Of a DNA stretch of 51,082 bases, positions 13,176 to 24,289 are shown in pieces (within the stretch, counting starts at the first letter, position 1; the number at the start of each line of letters is the position of its first letter). Source of the DNA: Macrostomum lignano (Eukaryota); contig NIVC01004307.1 of the NCBI GenBank assembly GCA_002269645.1, forward strand, positions 1 through 51,082. The letters are read 5' to 3'. The position numbers were made by a program, and so were the translations under genes. The notes under the pieces are model-generated. The model did not search any database and was not told the origin of the DNA. It saw nothing but the letters and a program-made list of their open reading frames with translations.

Positions 13176-16100
13176 TCATTTGTCTTTGACCAAATCATCC
13201 AACGAAGAGAAGGTTCCTTCAATGCAATTGTTCGAATACGCACTGACTGCAAATGCACTCGTGACTATGACTGTAATCACAGTGACGAAGATGTTCATCG
13301 CAAAGAACACTTTGTCGGCTGACGCTACAACAATGCTGCACTCATTGGTCGTTGTTAGGGGACTTGGCGGGATGTCTCCATCAGAGCCCTCAGACTGGTC
13401 AGCTGTATCTTGTGCAGCATGCACCTGTGGCTTCCTCCCAGTCACGAGTCGATTGAGGAACAGAGCACGAATCAGCCGGTTGCTGACGTGAGCGCTGTTG
13501 TGCTGCTTGGAGTGACACCTCAGCACGAATGCATTGCACAGCACGTTCAGAATTGTCATCACTACTGCAATGCTGAAGTACCAAGCTGCAACGGAAATTG
13601 TGACCGCATAAGCATACATGTACAGAGATTCGGTCAGCACAACGACCATCTCGCGACTCACTGATGAGCGGCACGGACTCGCTCTGCGTCGGCGTGTAGT
13701 TGCCAGCCAGCTGCAGGAACACGCACATGGACAGCACGATGGTGATGCTGAAAGAGACTCGCTCGCCGCAGTCTGGAGGCATTCGGAATGCGAGTGCGGA
13801 GATGGCGAGCAGGAGGATGCTCGGAAAGAGCAGATTCGTCACGTAGAACGCCACCCGTCTCTGAAAATAACCATACGCATGTGTTGGCCACGGACTACTT
13901 AATTGTCGTTTATACTTAAGTAGTCCGTGGTGTTGGCCTTCATATTTTCATATTATATTATTTATTTTTATATTGTAAATATATTGTGATATTGTGATGT
14001 CTGGTCTGTTGAGTGCTCTTGCAATTTTTCAGTTGTTTTTGCGTGCGCCCTAGGCGGCCATCCCCAGACCAGTTCTGGCTGGTTGGGGGGGGGGCGCTCT
14101 GTCCGGCTGGAGTCTTTCCCCGCAGCGGCCACTGATTGGCTGGGCTTGTGTTTTTGTGTTTTTCTTTTCTAGCCCCTATTCACTCAGATCTGCTCGGCGG
14201 GCACGCTGATTGGCTGAGAGGTCATTTCTTTTGTTTGGCGTTTCTCTCTCTCACGCTGCCTGCCCCTCTACCCTGTTAAGTGGTATACAGTGCTCAAGCC
14301 TGGCCCAGCCAGCTGGCCGCACTCCGCTCCGCGCCCCTCGCCTAGCTCTTCAAACTAAACTAGCGATACTCAAGCGAGTCGTAAAGACGGTGTCTTACTG
14401 CGAAGTCTCTTAATTTTGCATGTGTTACTCAAGCGAGCCGTGTCTAGACGGTCTCTTACTGCGAGGACTCAATTGATTGCGAGCAAATAAAGCGGTCAAG
14501 TGGTAGCGATATTCGAACGAGCCTCACAGCTTCTGGCACCGGTAGGACCCCGAGTTCATTCGCTTCTTTAGCTTTTCTGAGGCCTTGCCGTAGCAGTGGT
14601 TCCATAGCTAGAGCGTCATCACGCCTGCGACTGTGACCACTGCAGCACAGCAGCGTAGTATATTGTGTATTATTGTGGTACTGTACCGGTTACTTTATAT
14701 AGTGTGTACAACCTACAGTATCGAAACTAGAAGCACTCGAGAGTGTCACCACACCTCGAGCCGCAGCGTGAACTCTGAGTGTCACAACACCAGAGGGATC
14801 GAACTATTATCGCAGAGCGTCGCACGCCTGCTCGTATCCATAAAAGTACAGACAGAGCGTCACTACGCCTGTTATATTACGTATAATATATTTTACTCGG
14901 GACTGGGAACCCAAAACGACGCGGGTTACGACAATATTTATGAGTACTGCATGTATAGTATTTTTTGTTTTGTTTATGAATTCGAGAATTTATTTCAAGA
15001 CCCTGTCAATTATATTTAACTAAAGTTTCTACACGTACTTTCCTCTATTGGTCAAAACGTCTATGGCCCATCGCTCGGGCGCAGGCAGAGCACTGAATTT
15101 AAGACACAGTGCAGTTAAATTCAGACAAGTCACACCCACTCTGCAAACGAAGCGAGAGTCCACCAGACGAAATTAAATACAGGATTGGCGTCTCATGGTA
15201 CAGCAGAGAATTGCGGAGTCAGTTGTGGATGCCATCATGGTTGCCAAGAATGCAGCCAAGACTGGTTTGCTCAGCTTACACACTGCGCTTCCTACCCCGT
15301 TGTTTGGCCTGTGAAAACGTCTGATTGAGCACACATATGTTCTGACATTTTAGTCACAGGAACATGATTGTGAGTTTAAAGTCTGAATTGAACTGTTTAA
15401 ATTCAGTTTTAGCCATAGAAAATAGAATTTGAAAAATTTAATTTCATCTATACGAATCAATCTAGGTTTTCTATGGTTTTCTATGGTTTTATGGTCCGCT
15501 GAATGTTTAAACTCTTAGATAATATTATGATATTAGTGTCTAATAGTACTATTATTGTGCCATAGACATTTGTGTCCTTGACAAAGTGGGACAAAATTAG
15601 CGGACAGTTAATGACATTAACTGCCCGCTAATTTGAATTGAAGTAAGTTTGACTCCTACAAGCGCGCTTAAATGTAGTCTATGGCATTAAAAGGCAAGAA
15701 TAAGTGCCCAGCGGGCACAAAGGTCATGGTACACACTGCTGCACTGTGGTGACGCACTGCGACCGCTGATTATTTATAGCTCGGACATAGATTTTTTACT
15801 GTTTTACGATTCTTCTTACCTGAAACGTAAGCAGAAGTATCGGCGCAGTTAGAGCATCTATATTAAATTTCTTTAGGAAAACCTTCTTGATGCAGAATTC
15901 GTTGCTCTTTGACAAGTATCTTTCGACAGAATATTGTTTGTCAAAAAGTAAGTTGAGCGCCGTGGTGGCAGGTGTTTGAGACCGGATGCTAATGCCACAC
16001 ATCTGACTGTCGAAAGGAAACAGGTGCATTTGCATTTGACATTTGAAGGTCACGAGAAGCACAGTACTATGACGAAGCCATCCAGCTGCACTGATCGAAA

Positions 16101-19100
16101 CAGGCGACTCGTCCAGCACAACATGCTTCATCTCCACTCTGCGTTCGAAGTTCGAAGCACATTTTTACTTTGATGATGTCAACAGGTTAAAAAACTTTCG
16201 TCAACTCACACAGTGTCGACTGTAATAGCAGGTGTCCAAACCATTTGAGGCGGAACCCAGAGGGGAATGGTGGTGTCCAATGTCCGATTAGGCGTTGAAT
16301 TCCACACCAGTCGCGAATCGAACCAATGCTACAGAAATTTACAGAGAATTTCGACATGTACATGTGAATTCGTGTTGCTCGTAAAGATACGAGAATTGTT
16401 CTGATGCTAGAAGAATAGAAAATACCGAAAGACCAGCTGTACTGATAGGTCGATTTTGATCTACAATCCAGTACCTGTCAAATTTTGGCTTCATAGGACC
16501 CGCCAATTCTGATCCCCGTTAGGACTTTCTATCCTAACTCAATCGACTGGTTGTTCCACACAAAAAAATATTGTTACTTTGGGGCCAGGATCTTTAGCCG
16601 AGGTATTTTTAGTTGGATTTTTCCGTGCTTTTTAAATTTATGACCGCACCTGTCAAGTTCCTATGGTGTCTAAGAGGTCGCCCGGTGCAGAGGATTTTCA
16701 GGGTCTGAAAGCTCAGCCAATCAAAATCAAGCTAGTCATTCCGGGCTCGTCCAATCAGAAAATTCGACGCTTGGTATAACAATTTGGCCACTGGAAGGAT
16801 ATTCAAGGCCGGCCTGGCTCTCGAAAACGTTGTTTATCCGGCTGTCGGTCTGATAACCGGGTTGGATAAACCACCGTGCACATGCCCGCTCGAGACGCTG
16901 CAGCTAAGTACCCCGAAAGCGCCGGGTTAACGTCGATGAAACGTCCTCTGCAAGCTTTAGACTCCCTGGATCTAAATCATCTTAGAGCAGCAGCAGCACC
17001 CTGCTGTCTTTGTCACAGTGGATTTCTTGGCCACCAGCAGCTTGAAACTCTGATTGGCTGAGAAGCTTTCTTGACCTGCTCTATCGGAGCGCACTTGTTT
17101 TCCGTTTTCCGAGCCCTTTGCACTTTTACTTATTTGCTTTCATGTGCTGGGAAAATTGCTTATTTACTCCAACACAATTTGAAAGAAGTGTGAATTTAGG
17201 AGAAAAACCAGATCGTATCTCTCTCTTTTAAGTTCGATCTTTCTTTTTAGCCTTGCTAGCCACGATGAGTGGCTGTAATTTATTGAGTCGAATGTCACAG
17301 CGGAACGAAGCATTGCAGCCTCCTTTCACTTAACCTATCAATCAGTCAGATTCCGAAATCAGGGCAAACCATTTGCCAGGGGTGTACTTTTGTGCTGTCC
17401 CAGGCGGCAAAGCAGCAGGAAGGAATCATTCAGAGTTAGTCTAGGGATCTCTTGAAGGCTCTGATAGTTCTGCCATCAGCACCATTTACAGACCAGTGGA
17501 CAAATTTCAGGCCAAAAGCGAGCAAGTACATATACTCAGCAACAGTCGAAAGTTCCACCCTCCAAGCGAGATTAATTTTTTCCACTTTGCGAGCGACGCA
17601 ACTTAAGGCACGCGCAAAGTTTATTGCCACTTGGGGTGGCTTGGGTCTCCTTAAATGTCCAGGATGACAACGCGCCGCCACACCGAGTCGATGGTGTTAG
17701 TCAACTGAAAGAACAGCTACAGCTGCGCACTCTGCGCTGGCCTTCCCGGTCCCCCAGACATGAATCCCATCGAGCATGTCTGGGACTTCCTAAAATGCAG
17801 CATTCGAAAAGAGTTATCCACCACAGAATGTTGTGGAGCTGCGTCATACCACTGAAAAGGCTTGGCTGCAGCTTACAAAGGACGCCCCGCAGAGTCGCCG
17901 CACTTCTGCGTGCGAGGGGATCTCGCATGCGTTATTAAGCAACGCGATTCTGACTGCGTATTGCATAGAAATCAAACTGTTATTTTCCCTTCCTCGCGGC
18001 GGCCCACGAGTAGTGGCGTAACTTGAGGGTTGAATTGTGAGTGAAAAGTTGTCGCAATAAGTGATAAAATTTTCATCTCGCTGCTTGGAGAGTGAAACTT
18101 TTGACTATTGCTGAGTATAAATTGAGCATTCATTGGTGCATAGAGAATCGCCAGCACAAGAACCCCCCCCCCCTGCAAAAGCCCTCTCTGTCCCTGCATG
18201 GTCAGAGTGAGATACCGTACGACTGAGAGTTGACGAAGCTGCTTGGCGTTTATTATACTCAGCAACATTGAAAAGTCGCCACTCTATGCGCCAGTGAGCA
18301 ATATTTCTCTTGGACTATTCTGAATTAAAAGAATTCAATGAATTCAATGAGAAAACTGATCAGGGTAGCTTTAATCCGTCCAACCCTCGCACACCGCTCC
18401 CCTCACTTCATTCTTCAACTCAAGTCTGCCGCGGCGTAGCTAAGTTGCGTCACTCGCAAAGATTGAGAGACTTTACCTGCACTCTCAAAAGTGGCGACCA
18501 CAGACGGAATCTTCTGTGATGACGAATTTTCGATGTTGCTGAGTATAGATCGATACGCAGGTTAAATGCGATACAACGACTGTCGAATAATCGGGTATAG
18601 ACGATAGAGACAGAGGGTGAGTGGAAAGCACGTACATACTGTGAAATAGCAACTCCCAACCCCCGCTCTAGCGACTAGCGCATACAAGTACACTTGCAAC
18701 TCACTGCCCATTGAAGCCGCTATGACTTCGAGGTTGGCAGCAAAAAAGAAACCGGTTCGCAGGTTGTCTCAGAGCCCCTTCTAGTCGGAAACCCGATTTC
18801 CAGAGGCAGCGGGTTGGTGGCAGCGGGTTTAGTTTGATCTCTGGATTAGCTGATTTCAACTTTTTTTTCCAATTCTCCCTGCTTGTCTCTCGCTGTCCTC
18901 TCTTAGCTATCGGGGACCCAGCCGCTTGTATCTTCGCTACCTGGGGCTGACTGACCGTCTGACGGGAGAGAGAGCTCAGTGATTAATTTCTGCACTCCGA
19001 GGCCCAAGAAGTCTCCTCCGATCAAAGTGCTGAACCATCACTTAGACAAATGCGAATCGCCTCGCGATCACGAATTACGAGTGAAAATAACGTCTTAGTC

Positions 19101-19502
19101 ATGCGACTTAAAACTAAAATCTCCGGATTTACTGGTTTTAGTACACAATATTATTAAAACAAATTATTTTCTGTAGTTACCTTCCCGAGTAAAAACTGCA
19201 GTGTCACCTCCTGAGACGCAGAGTTCTGAAACATTCAGTGGATACTTGCTGTAAATTCATGTCCGGAAGAGCAACGACGAAGATCAACTCACCACTTTGG
19301 CGAGGCTGTACAGAAAGATAAACAAGTTCACAGTGTTTGCGGTGCCGTTGTCCGGGGGCGGCCGGACTGCCCTGTTGTACTCGGTGCCCAGCTTCAGTGC
19401 CGCCATCACGGCAGCGTCCTGTGAGATGTCATTGGCAACTTCAGCGGTTGAAGCAGCAAGCAGAGCAGCGAAGAAGACGACGAGGCTACTGAGAGAAATC
19501 AT
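13176..19502 (-). CDS. Cys-loop ligand-gated cation channel subunit, copy C (nAChR-like, non-alpha), open ORF of 433 aa
   Basis: Exons 19293-19502, 19181-19225, 16210-16328, 15820-16138, 13662-13860, 13176-13585; GT-AG and phase-consistent. WFDSRLVW, Cys-loop CQMQMHLFPFDSQMC, GER-M2. Introns 2 and 4 are enlarged by repeat insertions. Confidence 0.88.
13989..14912 (+). mobile_element. Unclassified interspersed repeat (LTR/TIR-like, CCAAT boxes, AATAAA at 14486-14491) in intron 4 of copy C
   Basis: Segments 13989-14237 and 14595-14912 match 19962-20569 in reverse orientation; the six-frame track shows the same spurious MTTAAQQRSILCII... peptide at both sites. Confidence 0.7.
17660..17938 (+). 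mobile_element. Tc1-family DD34E transposase 3' fragment, frameshifted and internally deleted
   Basis: QDDNAPPH...WPSRSPDMNPIEHVW after removing one extra C in the C-run near 17750. There are 34 residues between the second D and the E. Typical Tc1 C-terminus RRVAALLRARGSRMRY*. Confidence 0.85.
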
Positions 19503-19961
19503 GACGGACGGTGTCGGACTAATTGCGGCGAGCGCTAATATAAAATACGGATCAGTTTAATAGCCACCAATGAGCAGTCCTTAACCCCGCATTAATTGTG
19601 CAAACACAAATGGTCCAGTATTTGCTTTGCCTGAAATTATCGTATTTGCCCGACTCAATTAGCTGATCAGAGAGCTCGAACAGACTCAGCAGCTATGTCC
19701 TGTAGTTGAGTGAACTGACTCACAGGCTGGAGACCTCACTGTATGCTGTGCAAATATAAATCTGCTGTCGATATGCAGAGTCTCCTCTATGAATAAATGG
19801 CTTTCGGTTATCTTCTGCTAATATTAAAGTTGCTGACTCGAAATAATGTGCAGGTCTCTGAATTGTATCCAATGTCATTTTCGCTCTTCTATTGTAAAGG
19901 TTTTCCTGCTTAACTGTCCTCGTCTGCCCCAACAGATACTAAAATGACTGGATGGGCCTGG

Positions 19962-20569
19962 AGTGCCCAGTCCATGGTACAGTAGGTTATACGTAATATA
20001 GCAGGCGTAGTGACGCTCTGTCTTGTACTTATATGAATACTGTACAAGCTGGCGTGACGACGCGATAATAGGTTGCTCCGTCTGCTGTTGTGACACTCAG
20101 AGTTCACGCTGCGGCTCGAGGTGTGATGACACTCTTGAGTGCTTCTAGTTTCGATACTGTATGTTGTACACGCTATATAAAGTAACCGGTACAGTACTAC
20201 AATAATACACAATATACTTCGCTGCTGTGCTGCAGTGGTCACAGTCGCAGGCGTGATGACGCTCTAGCTATGGAACCACTACAAAAAGAAACGACCCCTC
20301 AGCCAATCAGCGTGCCCACCGAGCAGATCTGACTGAATGGGGGTTAGAGCGAAAAACACAAACTCACAGGCCCAGCTAATCAGAGGTCGCCGCGGGTAGA
20401 GAGAAAAAAAACACAAGTCCAGCCAATGAGTGGCCGCCGCGGGGAGACTCAAGCCGGGCCGGCGACCCCCTACCAGCCAGAACTGGTCCGGGGATGGTCG
20501 CTTAGGGCGCATGCAAAAACTCAAACGACCAAGTGCAAGAGCACTCAACAGGCCAGACACCACAGTATA
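19962..20569 (-). mobile_element. Second, inverted copy of the 13989-14912 repeat, lacking its central ~360 bp
   Basis: Reverse-complement match; the two segments abut at ~20280. Confidence 0.7.
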
Positions 20570-20914
20570 AATACTAAGTTTTTGTAATTTTGAAAATATT
20601 CTCTCTTAGAGCTAATTTGCAAAATAATCTGAACACCAAACTCTGGCCATTGTTTTATCCCTTTCACTGCTATCAATATTTGTAAAAGAAGAGCTTCGGA
20701 GCTAATAAATTTGGTGTAGCAAGAGCAGAAAATATTACTGTTTAAGAAAATAGAATTACAGGAGTCAACGTTGACTTGCCAGCCTCTTTTTCCATTTTCC
20801 TTTTATTTTTCCCGACATTTTGACAGAAAAAGATGTAGCTCATATGTTAGATACGCTCGTATAAAACTGAAGGCGAAAAATCGAGATCATAATTATTCAT
20901 AAGTTCCTTTCATC

Positions 20915-22321
20915 CTAGAGCTCGCCAAGGCAGTTAGTATTAGATTTTACACAGAAAATAGCAAATTGCACGACCATCATTGCGACTCCGAAGCTGACAA
21001 ACACTTTAAAGAACACCCGGTCAACGGAAGATCCGACTGTCTTCCATCCGTTGGAAGTCTGAGATGGCGATACTTTGTCATCCGCATCGGCTTCAGTGCG
21101 TGTGACTCTCCGCTCAGAGTTTTCTCCGACAACGAATCGGTTGAGGAAGAGTGCACGGACGAACCGGCTGCTGACGCTGCTCGTCTGTCTGAAGTGACAG
21201 CTGAGAACAAATGCGTTGCAGAGCACATTCAGAATTGTCATGAGCACGGCCAAGCTGAAGTACCAGGCTGGAATGTGAAGCGTGTCAAATTCGGATCAAT
21301 TTCTCCAAGGCAATGCGGTAATAGAGATACTTCGAGGTACTCACTGATGAACGGCACGGACTCGCTCTGTGTGGGCGTGTAGTTGCCAACCAGCTGCAGG
21401 AATACGCACATGGACAACACGATGGTGATGCTGAAGGAGACTCGCTCGCCGCACTCGGGAGGCAGACAGAAGGCGAGCGCGGAGGCTCCAAGGAGAAGAA
21501 TGCAGGGCAGCATCAGGTTTATCATGTAGAAAGTCGGAAGTCGCTACAATTACAAATCCTGGTCCATTATTTTATGGGTGTTAACATTATCCCACGAATT
21601 ACTCATATTACCAAATTTCGGACAAAAACTCACCTGAAATCCGACCCGGAGCACGGCTGTGTCATAGAAGCCAAACAACCAGTTTTCTAACCGGACCCAC
21701 AGAATGCAGAACTCGCTGCTCTTCATGACGTACCCAGTCGGTGTATCATTCTCATTCAGGGACTTGATGCGGATTCGAGTCGATCCTGTGACTTGCTGCA
21801 GACTCGAGAGCCTGACTAAGCAGTTTTGTTCGTCAAACGGGAACAGCTGCATTTGCATGCTGCACTTGGTGGACAGAGTCATTCCGGTGCTCTGTAGCAC
21901 AATGCCTGATGACATCACCGAAAGTATCGCGCGGCCTTTCGTGGCATCTAGGAGCTCAACTCTAGATTAAATTGTTTTAATGAAAACAATCATGACGGAC
22001 GGAGTTATAATTATACTATTTAACCAGTTTATTACTTTCTGAAAGGCGCAGCTATTTAGCTTCAAGCAGAATTGGCTCACACATCGTAAAAAGATGCGTC
22101 AGGTTGCCACAGGTACGAAGCTGGAAGGGTGATTGCGTGGATATGGTCCAGACTGGAGTTGAACTTTTCTTTCCAGGCCAAGCGACTGTCGTTCCAGTGC
22201 CGCAATAACAACATGAATTGCAGCTAGCATCAAAGCTCTGTAGGGAAACTTCAAAGACAACATTCTATGAGCTTACCAATAGCAGCCACACCTTTAGTTG
22301 TATTTCCTGATTAGTGGAATC
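20915..22321 (-). CDS. Cys-loop ligand-gated cation channel subunit, copy D (more divergent, more canonical ECD); first exon(s) not located
   Basis: Exons 22277-22321 (DSTNQEIQLKVWLLL), 22081-22199 (HWNDSRLAW...LWQPDASFYD), 21634-21961 (Cys-loop CSMQMQLFPFDEQNC), 21345-21543 (M1-M2, PPECGERVSFS), 20915-21267 (M3-M4). Intron phases match A-C. The homologous exon 3 acceptor reads GG instead of AG. Confidence 0.8.
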
Positions 22322-23460
22322 CTAAAAATCCTTTCAGAATATTGTGCAACTCATTAGGTATGCCAATTAATGAAACTGTCTGAGACTGTCGATTATACGA
22401 GTATAAAGACCATTGGATCTTAAAATCTTAGTTAAACCATCACAAGGACCTTCAAATTATCAGTTTGCCCCAACAGTCGTTAAACTTTGGGAATAACAAC
22501 AACAATAACAGAATAACAACAAGTCACAGGGCGCGCCTCAAGGCCAGGTCGCGAATGAAAGCCGCGCCGCCGGCCGAATCCGGGGCGCCAGCGTCAGCCA
22601 ACAGGCAGTCGACGAAACGCCTAGTGAGGGCCGTGCGGTTGTAACGGAATGCAAAGTAAAGTTCCGAATCTCGGCAAGTTAGCAAGCGGACTCTAGAACA
22701 AACCAACTGTCTGTTTCAAATGAAGGACTGTTGGGCCAGCAGGTTAGAACTTTATGTTTGCTGAGGTTCAGAGTGCGTCAGCTATCCAGTCAGGCGTCAT
22801 GAGTTTGCTCGCGATCCGACAAAGGAAATTTGGAAGGAAACCAGTCTATTTACTCAGCAGAGATTCCCTCAGCCGGCTTCACACCGCTGCGCGTTGCCAC
22901 AGAAAACTTTTTGGTGCAAATTATTTTCTAATAGATATATTTGTCCAGTCCTGAAGCTATGTGGGGCCCAGGACATCATTCGCGAAAATTTTGTCACGGT
23001 TACAGTAAATGACTTATCTAATTAGTGTAAGAGCGTTTTATGCATATGCTAGGTACGAGGGTTGTCCCAGAAATAGCGGGAAAACCGATACAGAGGCTGA
23101 CTGTGATTTTCTAATTTGATGCAACTTGCTTCAAAAGTAAAAAAAAATCCAACGGTTGTTTTGCTTTTTAAATGGGGTAAAAATGTCAATTCATTCAAAA
23201 GTTATGCCTTTTAGTAGCAGGACGGTCTCGACCACCACCTGGAAAAGCCACTGCCTGGATGGAGCGCTCTGGCGGTAGGGCCTCGGACTGCAGGACTGCC
23301 CTCATAGAACGAAAGGCAGTCCAGCCAAACCCACTGCGACGCCGCAGATCCTCGTGAAGGTCGAAAACCAAACAGCGGAGGTAGACGAACTGCTGATATC
23401 ACGACAATTCTTTCGCCTGTCCGCCAGAGCTTCGGCACTTTAAAAGGTGACCGTAGATGG

Positions 23461-23530
23461 GGGCCGTAGCCTTAGTGTTCTAGCGCGGCGTTCTCATGTG
23501 CCAGCAGCCCAGGCTCGATTCCATTGCAGT
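23461..23530 (+). mobile_element. tRNA-like/SINE-head relic
   Basis: GGGCCGTAGCCTTAGTG (A-box-like)...GGCTCGATTCC (B-box-like) at tRNA-like spacing. Confidence 0.35.
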
Positions 23531-24144
23531 CACATTATAATGGGGCTAAGTTGAAGATCTCGGCTTGTCTCTGCTCGTGCAAATAACGATCTTGAGCGCC
23601 AATCCCCAAGACAAAGTGTGAAGTGTACATGCCTAACGATCGTAAATAAAGTTAGGACCGCTGTACACTCCTGTATGAGTGTGTGCCTGTGCGTATGACT
23701 GCGTACATATCCGCGCGCATGTGTGGCTGCTCATGAGAGTCGGCGGAATGGGCAGCAATGCCTCTCGTCGGTCGAAGACGGTCGAAGTCGAACTTTATTT
23801 TGTGCATAAATTAAGTGATATTATGTATAAATATCTCAAAGCAAACTGTTCATAGACATTGTGGTATGAAAAGTTATTTGTTTGTGCTACAGATATTATG
23901 GCTTAAATAGGGATCTTACATGCATGTCAACTTATTTATCCTACTAGGGGTCTAGTGAGACAGAGAGATGGGGGTTACGATGATTCTCCACTCAGTTCCG
24001 ATCCAACAGAGGGATCCGATAGCTCTGATACAGACTTCGTTGTGGCGATTAGTCTGTTCGGAATCACTCCTCCACCTAATTTCAGTTTTTAGGTTGAAAA
24101 ATCGCCATACAGATAGGGATTTCGAATCTTCGCAAACCTGAGCG

Positions 24145-24289
24145 CAGGGGCGTAGCCAAGGGGGGGGGGACACTGGGGACGTGCCCCCCCCTGGAGGGCA
24201 AAATTTTTTATTTTGCTTTCATCGCTTCCATCAGAGATGGATTTATGTCTCTGTCCCCCCCCCTAACGTGAATCCTGGCTATGCGCCTG
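24145..24289. mobile_element. 145-bp hAT-type MITE with 8-bp target-site duplication
   Basis: Imperfect TIRs CAGGGGCGTAGCCA / TGGCTATGCGCCTG, flanked by direct repeats CCTGAGCG at 24137-24144 and 24290-24297. Confidence 0.88.

Noticed and set aside
14486-14510. LTR end plus primer-binding site (AATAAA...GGTCA AG TGGTAGCG)
   Set aside because: Only a 7-nt match to an initiator-Met PBS, with no second LTR in direct orientation and no gag/pol.
22440-22522. Possible LINE 3' end (FAPTVVKLWE* followed by AAC/AAT repeats)
   Set aside because: Too short and degenerate to support.
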